Notes: generated from the letters alone by a model not told the origin. A stretch of DNA of 64,000 nt from Malacoraja senta (GCA_038087875.1 JAXLNO010000270.1:62001-126000), one strand, 5' to 3'; positions 12,771 through 25,493 are shown, counted from the stretch's first letter. A program made the numbers and translations.

Positions 12771-13870
12771 GGGCGGCACGGTGGCCTAGCGATAGAGTTG
12801 CTGTCTTACAGCTCTTTCAGCACTTTCAGCGCCAGAGACCCAGGTTCGATCCTGAATACGGGTGCTGTCTATACGGCGTCTGTACGTTCTCCTCGTACAG
12901 AACGGCGGTTTCCCCCCACACTCCAAAGATGTCCAGGATTGTAGGCTTATTGGCTTGGTAAATATGTAACAAATTTCCTAATATGTGATGGATAGTGCTA
13001 ATGAGAGGAGGAACCATCTTGGGGATGGCTAATCAGCAGCCGTCCGTTTAAATCACTTGTTTGTAGTTTAGTGCGTCTGCGTTTTGTTTGTAGGAGTAAT
13101 TCGACTTTTCAATGTTGGGTGAAGGGGGTAACGATATTTCTAGGTCCCTACCTCGTTGGTGAGGCGGCTTTTTCTCCGGGCTGCCCGTCGACCAGTCCTC
13201 GTGGCCTACCAGCGGGCGTGGAGCGCCGTTTCCTGGCGGGGACCGCCCTGCACCTTCAGCTTCGGTGGCGGCACAGCGCTGGAGCGCTGTCGCGGAGCGG
13301 AGCGGGCGATGCCTTACCTGGATCGCCGCGCTGGATCGCCGCGCTGGAGCTCCGGTGAGCCGTGACCGTCGAGTTCAACACCTCCGGGCTGCAGGGCAGC
13401 GGAGAGGAGCGGGCGGCGCTGACTTCAACATCGGGAGCCTGGGAGCTCCAAACCGGCGCGGCCTTGTCGGCTTCGGAAGCTGCCTTCCCCACAGTGGTAA
13501 CCATTGTGGGGGGATGATTTTTGTGTGTAGGGTCTATGTTAGTCTGTCCAAGATGGCGGTCGGAGGGGAGGGTGGACGCTGGCGCGGTTTAACTGCCGCT
13601 GCTCTCTCTTCACATTGTGTTTCTGATTTTCTTGTTTGTGTCTTTGGATTGAATTCTGTCTTTAATTTGTGTATTGGTGATGTCTTTATAACATTTTACT
13701 CCGATTATATGTTTATTTGTTAAATTCTGTAACGTGTCCTTGAGACTTTTGTATAGGCGCCCACAAATAACATTTATTATTATTATTATTATTAATGTGC
13801 GGGGATCGCTGGTCGGTGCGGAATCGTTCGGCATGTTTCAGCGCTGTACCACTAAACTAAACTAAACTAA
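12771..13870 (+). mobile_element. tRNA-derived V-SINE (HE1-like), here split by a GC-rich insertion at 13004-13792; uninterrupted paralogs at about 38630-38955 and 53406-53730
   Basis: Head gggcggcacggtggcctagcg (A box), ggttcgatcc (B box), cggtttcccccccacactccaaaga V-domain-like core, (ACTAA)n tail. Confidence 0.8.
13004..13792 (+). mobile_element. GC-rich non-autonomous retroposon with L2-like 3' end and (TTA)n tail
   Basis: Absent from the paralogous SINEs (empty site gtgctaatgtgcgggg at about 38874 and 53649). taatg duplicated at the ends. Related to elements at 47144-48160 and 62213-63231. Confidence 0.75.
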
Positions 13871-14236
13871 ACTTACACTTGGTTCGCCAACGCCTATTTT
13901 TTCTGATGGTTGCTAAGCATTTGATATCTCCTTTCATTCACATACTGACCATTCTGACCTGCGCCTTTGTCAGAGTGCGGCGGCACACAAACCGAATGCC
14001 AGCTCCTCATAATCCGCTTGATTAGCTTACAAACTGATTGAGTGCTTTCTCTAATATTAGGCATCTAATCCACATCCACACCCTCCCCTATCTGCCACTC
14101 AGTTATGTGTTTTACCACCGTTCCTTGCACCCAATTCTACCAAACACCTCCCCTTTCATTGACATTTCTTCTCCTGGCTTCACAATGCACATCCTTTGAC
14201 ATATCTCAAAACGTGTGTCTTTTGACATCTGCGAAT

Positions 14237-14527
14237 GTTAGTTTAGTTCAGTTCAGTTCTGAGATATAGCGCGGAAACAGATCCTTCGGCCCACCCATGC
14301 CGCCCATTAATCCCCACACCGTAACAATAACCGACACAGATTAGGTACAATTTACACTTATACAAAATCAATTAACATACATGTACGTTTATGGAGTGTG
14401 GGATGCAACCGGAGCACCCACACAGTACAAGGGGAGAAGGTACAAACCCCATACAGACAGTATCCGTAGGCCGGATCAAATCCGTGTCTCTGGTAGCAAC
14501 ATTACCACTGCGCCAACGTGCCGCCCC
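14237..14527 (-). mobile_element. Second, degenerate V-SINE on the minus strand (paralogs at about 39321-39612 and 54097-54387)
   Basis: Reverse complement begins ggggcggcacgttggcgcagtggtaatgttgct and ends in (ACTAA/ACTGA)n. Confidence 0.7.
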
Positions 14528-14647
14528 ATGTTGAACCCATCTGCTCAAGATTTTCCACCTATACTTCGCCAGCTTTGCCCTGTCGCTCCTTTTTTTTATA
14601 GGTTTCCCCATCCTCCACAACCAATCTGAGGAAGGGACCCGAGCAAT

Positions 14648-14950
14648 TGCTGACCCGCTGAGTTACTCCAGCACTTTATACCTATCCATGTCCTCTAGAG
14701 GTGTTGCCTAACCGCAGAGATACTCCAGCACTTTGAACTTATCCATGTTTTCCAGAGATACTGCTTGACCCACTGAGTTACCCCAGCACATTGTATCTAT
14801 CCGTGTTCTCCAGAGATGTTGCTTGACCCGCTGAGCTACAACACACTTTGTTCCGATCCGTGTTCTCCAGATATGCTGCCTGATGCGCAGAGTTACTCCC
14901 CCACTTTGTACCTATCCGTGTACACCTGAGGTGTTGCCTGACCTTCTGAC
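14648..14950 (+). repeat. Minisatellite of ~57-58-bp units derived from Penelope terminal sequence; 5 units here, 3 at about 39735-39920, 5 at about 54510-54812
   Basis: Recurrent tgacccgctgagttactccagcactttgtatctatccgtgttctccagagatgttgc units. Confidence 0.8.
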
Positions 14951-15279
14951 TTGATCCTTGTGCATGCTTTACATTATTGTCTGCCATTCCTTGTATCTGC
15001 TATTTGCGTGGCTCGTCTTTCATGTTTCGCTTCTTACAACGTGGACTCGCCGTTTACTAGGACAAATTTCCTCCGTGCCAAAGATCTCGCTGCGTGACAG
15101 TCGCGAAGAGAATTATTCTGTTGATCGACAAAAAATGCTGCAGTAACTCAGCGGGACAGGCAGCATTTCTGGAGAGAAGGAGTGGGTGACGTTTTGGATG
15201 TCTTTGGACCCTTCTTCTCGACCTGAAACGTCACCCATTCCTTCTCTCCCGAGATGATGACTGTGCCGCTGAGTAAAAT

Positions 15280-17803
15280 ATAGCGAAGATGAGCGGCAAG
15301 CGAGAGGATTGGGGAACATTTAGAGCACAACAGAGGGTAACTAAAAAGGCAATTCGGGGAGAAATGATGGACGAAAGTATGCTAGCCAAGATTAGTTAAG
15401 ACAAATGTGGGTCTCTTACAGACAAAACAGGTGAACGTATTATTGGGTAAAGGAAATGACAAACGAGTTGAGCAGGTACTTTGGTGCTGTCTTCACTATG
15501 GAATACACAAACAATCTTCTAGTTGTACTAGGGGACAGAGGGTCTAGTGTGACGGAGGAACTGAACGAAATTCACATTAGTCCGGAAATGTTTTGGATGG
15601 AACTGATGGGACTGAAGGCTGATAAATCCCCAGGGTACTCAGGTGGGTGAGTCTAGAAATCGTGGACGCATTGGTGATCATATTCCAATAATCTAAAGAT
15701 TCTGGATCAGTTCCTGTGGATTGAATGGTAGGTAATGTTATCCCACTTTTTAGGAAAGTAGGGAAAGAGAAACAGGGAATTATGGAGCAGTTAGATTCAT
15801 ATCGGTGGTGCGGAATATGCTGGAGTCGATTATCAAAGCTAATAGCGTCGCACTTGGATAGCAGTAAAAGGATCGGTCTAAGTCAGCATGGATTATAGAA
15901 AGGGAAAGCCTGCTTGACAAATCTTAAGCAATTTTTTGAGGATGTAACAAGTAAAATGGATAAGAGGGACAGTGGACGAAGTGTATTTGATAAGGTCTCA
16001 CACAGGAGATTAGTGGGCAAAATTGATCACACGGAATAGGGGGTTGGATATACACATGGATAGAAAACTGGTTGGCAGATAGGAAACGAAGATTATGAAT
16101 ATACCGTTCCCTTTCAGAATGGATGGCAGTGGATAGTTTGGTGTCGCTAAGTTCGGTACTGGCACCGCTGCTATTTACAATATCTATTAATGATTTAAAT
16201 GAAGAAATTAAAAGTGCCATTATCAAATTCGCAGAGGACACGAGGCTGTGTGGCAGCGTGAACTGTGAAGATATAATACGATACAAACTTATTGTCATTT
16301 AAACATCAAAGAAGTTCAAACGAAATTTTGTTTCTCAAGTCATACAACAAGAAAAGAACCAAGACACAAAAACAACACAATTTACACAAACATCCATCAC
16401 AGTGAACTTCCTTCTCACTGTGTTGGAAGGCAAAATCTTGTCTCTCCCCTGTGTTCCATTCTTCTCCGGATGTTAAAGCCTTCGGAGGGCGATGGCAAGT
16501 CCCGCGGCCGATAAGGGCGCTCCGGATCACCCTCAACCCCGCAACTCGAATGGGAGAAGTTGCCGTTGCGGAAGCTCCGAAAAGCGGTCTGCCACCAGGG
16601 ACCCACGAGCTCCCGATGTCACCGTCCACCGGACCTACGGCTGGAGCCACCGAGCTCCGGAGTCGGATCGCAGCAGCGCGCCACCACAGCTCTCCACGCT
16701 CCGAAGCCGGCTAGTCCCACGATGGTAAGTCCGCGACTGGAGCACACAGGTCGTCTCGTTTGGAGGCCGCTCCACAGTGCCGCCCCAATGACAACGGAGA
16801 CCCGACAGGGAAAAGGTCGGGTCCCCCGTACAGGGAAGAGATTTAAAAGTTTCTCCCACCCACACCCCCACCCACCACATATACACAGCTAAAAACAATA
16901 TAATAACCATAACAAACTATACATTCAACAGGATAAAAAATTAAAATAAAAAATAAAAAGGGGATACTATGTTGATGAAGGGTGACATGGATAGATTGGG
17001 TGAGTGGGCAGATGCATGACAAATGCAGTGTAATGTGAATAAATGTGAGGTTATTGACTTTGATGGCAAGATCAAGAAGGCAGGTTATTATTTGAATGGT
17101 TTCAGATTAGGAAAAGGGGAAGTACAACGAGACCTGGGTGTCCTTGTACATCAGTCACTGAAAGTAAGCATGCAGTTAAAGCAGGCAGCGAAGAAAGCTA
17201 ATTCTTCGTAACGGCCTTCATAACGACAGGATTTGAGTATAGAAGCAAAGAGGTCCTTCTACAGCTTTACAGGGCGCTGGTTGGACAACACCTGGAGTTG
17301 TGTGTGCAATTTGGGTCTCATAACTTCAGGAACGACATTATTTCTCTTGCGAACGTGCAGCGTAGGTTCACGAAGTTAATTCCCTGGATGGTTGGGCTGT
17401 CATATGATGAAAGAATGGAACGACTGTGTTTGTCTACACTGGAACTTAGAAGGAATAGGGGATCTTCCAGAAACATATAAAATTATTTAGCGATTAGATA
17501 AGCTAGATGCCGGAAACATGGTCCCGATATTTGGGGAGTCCAGAACCAGGGGCCACAGAATAACAATAAGGTGTAAGCCATTTAGAACTGAGACTAGAAA
17601 AACGATTTCACCCAGAGAGTTGTCAATTTGTGTAATTCTCTGCCTCAGAAGGTAGTGGAGGCCGATTCACTGGATGCGTTCACAAGAGAGTTAGATAGAG
17701 GTCTTAGGGCTAGCTGAATCAATGGATATGGGGAGAAGGCGGGAACGGGGTTCTGATTTTGGATGTTCAGCCATGATTACATAGAATCGCGGTGCTGGAC
17801 CGA
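15280..17803 (+). mobile_element. Decayed intronic CR1 LINE (ORF2 RT region to 3' end), split by a GC-rich element at about 16270-16958; paralogs at about 40260-42690 and 55148-57750
   Basis: LMGLKADKSPG, KFADDTRL, QCNVNKCEVI, QRDLGVLVHQSLKVSMQ motifs. Confidence 0.8.
16270..16958 (-). mobile_element. GC-rich non-autonomous retroposon ending in TGACAATAA plus (GTATC/GTATT)n, a Rex1/Babar-like tail; paralogs at about 41208-41790 and 56180-56868
   Basis: Interrupts the CR1 RT frame. The core is similar to the opposite-strand element at 36226-37105. Confidence 0.6.
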
Positions 17804-17827
17804 ATAAAAAAATGTTATTACTTTCAG

Positions 17828-18703
17828 TTAGTTTATTGGCTGTTGTGATCCTGTGCCGCGGAAATTGTGGTCTCTCCAAATGCCTTACCCGCTACCTTGT
17901 GGCTATGGCAGCAATGGATCTAATGGTGGTTGTAGTTAATGTTGTACTGGAGCAGATCAATTATATATATATGTTTGCTGAGTTCTTGATCACTACTCCA
18001 ACTTGCGCACTAATAATCGCACTGCGAGTCGCAACCATGAGCTGTTCCGTTTGGTTCACGGTCGCGTTTACTTTCGATCGATACATCGGTATATACTGCC
18101 AGAAGCTGCGGAACCAATATTGTCGCGGGAGAATGGCGACTGCGGTGATAATAACAGTGGTGGTAATGAGTTGTGCACAGGGTATTCCATATTACATTGC
18201 AGTCGATCCAAGTCGTTGCGTCGGCACAGTTGAATTTCATACGTCACCTCAATGGAAAGCCTATACGTTGTTTCATAATATCATTACCCCGTTATTACCG
18301 TTCGGGACAATTGTACTGCTTAATGCTTTAACAGTTATGACATATTATAACGGCAAATAAACTCCGCCAGCGACTCAGGAACAGTCGTGGTGATCAGAAA
18401 GACTCAGAGGTACAGAACCGGAGAAAGGCAATCATATTGCTCTTCGCTCTATCAGCCAATTTCATATTATTGTGGATACCCAAAGTTGTGTATGCTGTGA
18501 ACTTGCAACTATCAAATTATACCTACCAGGACAAGTATTTCAGCAGTCCTATGTATATTCTACACGTGTCCGCATTTATGATGCAGTTGCTCAGTACCTG
18601 TACCAACTCCTGTATCTATGGACTGAAGATGCGAAAATTCAGAGAGGAATTGAAGACCGGAGTCAAACGTTTATTTATATTAAACGGACTGCTCTGTAAA
18701 TAA
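17828..18703 (+). pseudogene. GPCR copy 2 exon 2, frameshifted pseudogene
   Basis: 876 nt versus 875 in intact copies. Extra T at 18338 (gttaTgacat versus gttagacat) gives a stop at 18358-18360 after TM5. The conserved TM1 Asn is changed to Ser (VSLL). Confidence 0.85.
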
Positions 18704-21700
18704 ATAGGACACGCAATTGTAAGTTCGTTGAGCTTGTAAATAAATGTCCAGAAAACACTAAATTTCTTGCGTGTTCCACGAAGATGACTCAAGTCTTTTT
18801 CTTGCACTATTATTATAATTGATTAGGTTTAATCCGGAGGAAAGTGTCGGCGCAGTGGGAACGACTCAGTTGTGCTAAATCAATTCATTGTTGCTTTGTG
18901 ATATATCAATCGATAGAGTACTTAACGCCGATTACATGGTTTCGCGGTCGGATTCATGACCCGTGTCTAAATAAACTATGTTTGGCGTCATCTCGTGTTC
19001 TGGGTCTAACACCTCCCATTGAGCGTGCATATATTTGCATCTGCTAGCGTTTATTTCAAGGGGGCGAGAATACAAAAATATGAATGTAAAGCTGAGGCTC
19101 TATACGGCGTGACGGGCCGCATTTTTAATATTGTGAGCAATTTTGGGTACCATATCCGTGGAAAAATGAGCTGTGGAAAGCGCCCGGAGGATGTTTACAA
19201 GAATAATCGGACGAATGAGTGAGTTAACATATGATGAGCGTTTGACGACATTGGGCCTATATTCGCTCGAATTTAGAAGAATGGCGGGGGACCTCATTGA
19301 AACATACCGAATAGTGAAAGGATAAAGTGGATAGAGTCATAGAGTGATACGGTTTGAAACATGCCCTTTGGCCCAACTTGCCTACAGCAGTCAACATGCC
19401 CCAGCTACACTAGTCGTACCTGGCACCATTCAGCCCATACCGCTCCAAACCTGTCCTAAACTGTTTCTTAATCGTTGGGATAGTCGCTGCCTCAACTACC
19501 TGCTCTGGCAGCTTGTTCCATACATTCATCACCCTTTATGTGAAAAGGTTACCCTCAGAACCTATTAAATATTTTCCTCTTCACCTTAAACCTATGTCCT
19601 CTGTTCGTTGATTCATCCAACTCTGGCAAGAGATTAAGTGCATCTACCCGATCACCGCTCATCCTCCTGCGCCCCAAGCCATAGAGTCCCAGCCTGCTCG
19701 ACCTCTGCCTATGGCTCAGACCTTCTAATCCTGGCAGCATCCTCACCAACATCTTATATATCTGCAACATGACCTCCCAACTTCCATACTCGATACTCTG
19801 ACTGATGAATAGCAATATGCCAAAAGCCTTCTCACCACCTGATCTACGTGTGACACCGCCTTCGGGGAACTATGCACACGTACTCCTATATCTCTCTGCT
19901 CTACAACACTACACAATAGACAAACGACAATGGATGCAGGAGTAGGCCATTGGACGTTTCGAGCCTGCACCGCCATTCAATGTGATCATGGCTGTTCATC
20001 CCTAATCCAGATCATACTGACCCGAACCATTCACTGTGTAGGTCCTGCCCATGATAGATTTCATTAATATGCCAGTATATCCAATCTCTCTGAACAGCAT
20101 CGAGAGACATTCCAACCACAAAGGATAAGCTTACTGTTCTATAGTTAACAGCATTTTCACTGCAGCCCTTCTTGAATAAAGGCACAGCATTTGCCACCCT
20201 ACAATCTTCTGGCAACCATCCCGTATTTATAGTCGACTCGTAAATTTCAAACAGGGATCCCACAAACTCCCCTGTGGTTTCTCATAATGACCTCGGATAT
20301 ATCTGATCAGGCTCTGGAAAGTTGTCTAACTTCATACACGATAGTACCTTCAACGTACTATCGACCGTATTACTGACTGCTTTTATTACCCTGCCCTTGA
20401 CTGCCCCAAGTTCCTCCGTCCTCCTCTCGTTTTCCTCGTAAATACTTAGGAGAAATACTCATTGAGGACCTTGCCCATCTCCTTTTGCTACACACATAGT
20501 TGACCGTTTTGCATCCTGAGGGATCCCACTCTCGTGTTACCCTTTCCATCCTTATATATTTATAAAATCTCTTGGGGTTTTCCTTAATGCTATGTGCCAG
20601 AGCGAGCTCCTTGCATCTTTTTTGCCCTTCTTATTTCCTTTTTTACTTTGCGCCTTGGTTCCCGAATCTCCGCCAGGGTTACACATGATCCCAGCTGCCT
20701 ATACATGTCCAATGCGTGCTTTTATTCTTAAATGTTGCCTCAATTTCTCCCGACATCCAAGGTTCCTTAGGGTTTCCTCTCTTGCCCTTCACTCCAACAG
20801 GGACGTGCCTATCCTGACCAATTGTCATCACACCTTTAAACGCATCCCAATTGGTTGATGCTCTTTTCCCCGCAAACCCGCTCCTATCAACTTGAGCGAG
20901 ACACTCTCTCATGCCCGGAAAGTTGGCCTTACCCAAATGTTGCTTTTTAACGTGATTTCTCTTTCTTTCCCTTTATCTATCTATCTATCTATCTTAAACC
21001 TAATCGAACCTAATATGTAGGACCCTCCACATGTTGCTGACTATGGAGCGGATGTTTCTACTCGGGGGAGAGTATAGGACTAGAGATCATAGTGTCACAA
21101 TTAAAGAACGTTCCTTTAGCAAGGAGAAGAGGAGAAATATATTTAGTCAGAGGGTGATGAATCTGTGGAATTCATTATCACAGAACAGCGTGGATGCCGT
21201 CAATAGATGTCTTTGGGGCAGAGATAGATAGATTCTTGATTAGCACATGTGTCAGGAGCTATGAGGAGAAAAAATGAGGGAGGGGTTAGGAGGGATAGAT
21301 ACAGTAGATTAGCCACGATTGAATGGCGTTGACATGATGGGCCGAATGGCCTAATTATGCTCTGATCACTAATGCTCTTATGATCTGTAGAATTCATCCG
21401 ACGGGGAAGACGCTGTCCAGCTTTAAATGATGAATCAACTTCACTTGGTAATTTATATCGGAGTTTCGAATTACAAGCATTGTCTCAGCTGACAGCTCTT
21501 GCTTCTTACTCGTTCCTTTTCGTCTGTGTAATAGCACGAAAGCGCCTAAACCGCATTCACAACTTAGCGTAGCACCTAAACCTCATTCACAACTTACATG
21601 ATCTGCCGGTTGCCAAATACTATAATTTACTGTCCTTGGCGTCCTCCACAGTTAGAGTGAGGCAAAAAGGAAATTGTTGGAACATATTCTCATATTTTGC

Positions 21701-21870
21701 TTGGGAAGCTTGCAGCCTTGGGATATGAAAAATGTTTTATGTAGCTTCAAGTAACCCCTACATTATTTCTCTCTCCATCCCCCCATCTCAAGTAATATCA
21801 GCTTTCTGATCTCACCTTTTAAACAGCTAACAGTGGCATGTTTCCTTTATCATTGTTACATTTTTTGCAT

Positions 21871-24800
21871 ATCTATTTTTAAAGGATCTATTTTTAAAGG
21901 ATAAAATCGAACCTGCCTCCACCACTTCCACTGGAAGCTCATTCCACACAGCTACCGCTCTCCGAGTAAAGAAATCCCCCCTAATGTTACCCCTAAACTT
22001 CTGTCCCTTAATTCTCAAGTCATGTCCCCTTGTTTGAATCTTCCCTACTCTCAATGGGAAAAGCTTATCCACGCCAACTCTGTCTAACCCGCTCATAATT
22101 TTAAAGACCTCTATCAATTCCCCTCTTAACCTTCTGCGCTCCAAAGACCTAACTTGTTCAACCTTTCTCTGTAACTTAGTTGCTGAAACCCAGCCAACAT
22201 TCTAGTAAATCTCCTCTTTACTATCTCTATTTTGTTGACATTCTTCCTATAATTAGGCGACCAAAATTGTACTCCATACTCCAGAATTGGCCTCACCAAT
22301 GCCTTGTACAATTTAAACATTACATCCCAACTTCTATATTCAATGCTCTGATTTATAAAGGCCAGCACACCAAAAGCTTTCTTTACCACCCTATCTACAT
22401 GAGATACTACCTTCAGGGAACTATGCACAGTTATTCCTAAATCCCTCTGTTCAACTGCATTCCTCAATTCGCTATCATTTACCATGCACGTCCTATTTTG
22501 ATTTGTACTGCCGAGATGTAGCACCTCACATTTATCAGCCTTAAACTCCATCTGCCGTCTTTCAGCCCACTCTTCCAAATGGCCTAAATCTCTCTGTAGA
22601 CTTTGAAAATCTACTTCATTATCCAAAACACCACCTATCTTAGTATCATCTGCATACTTACTAATCCAATTTTCCACACCATCATCCAGATCATTGATGT
22701 ACATGACAAACAACAGTGGACACAACACAGACCCCTGAGGCACCCCACTAGTCACCGGCCTCCAACCTGACAAACAGCCATCCACCATTACTCTCTGGCA
22801 TCTCCCATTCCGTCACTGTTGAATCTATCTTACTACTCCACCATTAATACCCAACAATTGAATCTTCTTAACCAACCTTCCATGCGGAACCTTATCAAAG
22901 GCCTTACTGAAGTCCATATAGACAACATCCACTGCTTTACCCTCATCAATTTCCCTAGTAACCTGTTCGAAACATTCAAGAAGATTAGTCAAACATGACC
23001 TTCCAGGCACAAATCCATGTTGACTGTTCCTAATCACACCCTGCTTATCCAGATGCTTTTATATATTATCTCTAAATATCCTTTCCATTAATTTGCCCAT
23101 CACTGACGTCAAACTAACAGGTCTATAATTGCTAGGTTTACTCTTAGAACCCTTTTTAAACAACGGAACAACATGCGCAGCACACCAATCCTCCGGCACT
23201 ATTCCCGTTTCAAATGACATTTGAAATATTTCTGTCATAGCCCCTGCTATTTCTACACTAACTTCCCTCAATGTCCTAGGGAATATCCTGTCAGGACCTG
23301 GAGACTTATCCGTTTTCATATTTTTCAAAAGTGTCCGCACCTCCTCTTCTTTGAATCTCATAGTTTCCATTGCTACTCTGCTTGTTTCCCTTACCCCACA
23401 TAATTCCATATCATTCTCCTTGGTGTATACCGAAGAAAAGAAATTGTTCAATATCTCCCCCATCTCTTTTGGCTCTGCAGATAGCTGTCCACTCTGACTC
23501 TCTAATGGACCAATTTTATTCCTAGTTTCCTTTTGGTATTAATATAGCTGTAGAAACCCTTTGGATTTATTTTCACCTTACTTGCCAAAGCAACCTCATA
23601 TCTTCTTTTAGCTTTTCTAATTTCTTTCTTAATATTCTTTTTACATTCTTTATACTCCTCAAGCACCTCATTTACTCCATGCTGCCTATAATTATTGTAG
23701 ATCTCTCTCTTTTTCCGAACCAAGTGTCCAATTTCCCTTGAAATCCACGTCTCTTTCCAATTTTTACTATTTCCTTTCAACCGAACAGGGACATAAAGTT
23801 TCTGTACTCTTAAAATTTCACCTTTATATGTCCTCCATTTCTCTTCTATATCCTTCCCATAAAACAACATGTCCCAATTCACTCCTTTTAAATCCTTTCG
23901 CATCTCCTCAAAGTTAGCCTTTCTCCAATCAAAAATCTCAACCCTAGGTCCAGTTCTGACCCTCTCCATAATTATATTGAAACTAATGGTATTGTGATCA
24001 CTGGACCCGAAGTGCTCCCCAACGCATAACTCCGCCACCTGCCCTGTCTCATTTCCTAACAGGAGGTCCAGCACTGCCCCTTCTCTAGTAGGTACCTCTA
24101 TGTATTGCTGCAAAAAAAATCCTGCACACATTTTACGAACACCAAACCATCCAGCCATTTTACAGAATGTGTTTCCCAGTCTATATGTGGAAAATTGAAA
24201 TCTCCCACAATCACCACCTTGTGCTTACTACTAATATCTGCTATCTCCTTACATATTTTATTTTCCAATTCTCGATCCCCATTTGGCGGTCTATTATACA
24301 CCCGTATAAGTGTTGCTACACCTTTCCCATTTCTCAGTTCCACCCAAAAAGCCTCCCTAGACGTTCCCTCTAATCTATCCTGCCAAAGCACTGCTGTAAT
24401 ATCTTCCTTGACAAGCAATACAACACCCCACCTCTTGCCCCTCCAATTCTATCACCCCTGAAGCAACGAAATCCTGGAATATTTAGTTTCCAATCTCAGC
24501 CCTCCTGCAACCATGTTTCACTGATCGCCACAACATCATACTTCCAGGTGTCAATCCAGGCTCTAAGCTCATCCACCTTTCTAACAATGACCCTAGCATT
24601 AAAAGATACACATTTAAGAAACCCACCACCACTTATTCACTGTTTATTATCTTTTTCTTCTTTCTCCCCTACATTTTGGGTCCGAGTGCTTCCCTTCTCT
24701 GCCTCCTGCCTCCCACATTATTTTCTAGCTTTCCATATTTGAGTCCCTCCCCACAACCGTTCTAGTTTAAAGTCTCCCCAGTAGCCTTTGCAAATCTCCC

Positions 24801-24929
24801 CGCCAGGATATTGGTCCCCCTCCGGTTCAAGTGCAACCCGTCCTTTCTGTACAGGTCACACCTTCCCCAAAATAGGTCCCAATGATCCAGAAATTGAATC
24901 CCTGCTCGCTGCATCAGTTCCTCAGCCAC
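21871..24929 (-). mobile_element. About 3.06-kb CR1 LINE (end of ORF1 esterase, APE endonuclease, RT) with several frameshifts, lacking its 3' tail; unique to this unit
   Basis: FLDHWDLFWG...DGLHLN (ORF1), IVGDFNFPHIDW and SSDHN (EN), KSPGPD, QHGFVPGRSCLTNL, GVPQGSVL, SKYADDTK (RT). Confidence 0.9.
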
Positions 24930-25493
24930 CCAGATACTTTTTCCTGCAAACGCATATGATGCAACACCTGTCCCATTACCTCCTTCCTCGACTCCATCCA
25001 AGGATGCACACAGTCTTTCCAGGTGAGGCAGAGGTTCACTTGCACTTCCTCCAACCTCATCTACTGTATCCGCTGTTCCAGGTGACAACTTCTCTACATC
25101 GTCGAAACCATGCGCCGGCTCGGCGATCATTTCGCTGAACACCTCCGCTCAGTCAGTCTTCAACTCCCGCTTCAACTCCTCCTCCCATTCCCAAACTTAC
25201 CTCTCTGTCCTGGACCTCCTCCATTGTCAAATTGTAGGAACAGCATCTCATATTTCACTTGGGTCGTTAACACCGCAGCGGAATGAACATTGACTGCTCT
25301 GACTTAATATAGCCCTTGCTTTCTCTCTCCATCCCCTTCCCTTTCCCAGTTCTCCCACGTCTTACTGTCTCCACCTACATTCTAACTTTGTCCGTCCCCC
25401 TCCCCTGACTTCTCGACCCGAAATGTAACCCATTGCTTCTCTCCAAAGATGCAGCCTCACCCTTTAAGTCACTCCAGCATTTTGTGTCTACCT
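24930..25493 (+). mobile_element. Remaining 3' part of the intronic Penelope-like element upstream of GPCR copy 3
   Basis: Colinear with about 44455-45019 and 1525-2088. Confidence 0.8.

Noticed and set aside
12771..12860. tRNA-like sequence with A and B boxes
   Set aside because: It continues into a V-SINE core and tail and no clean cloverleaf is evident; it is a SINE head.
14648..14950. Regularly spaced repeats superficially like a CRISPR array
   Set aside because: There are no unique spacers and no cas genes, and the context is eukaryotic. Whole units are degenerate tandem copies of a Penelope terminus.
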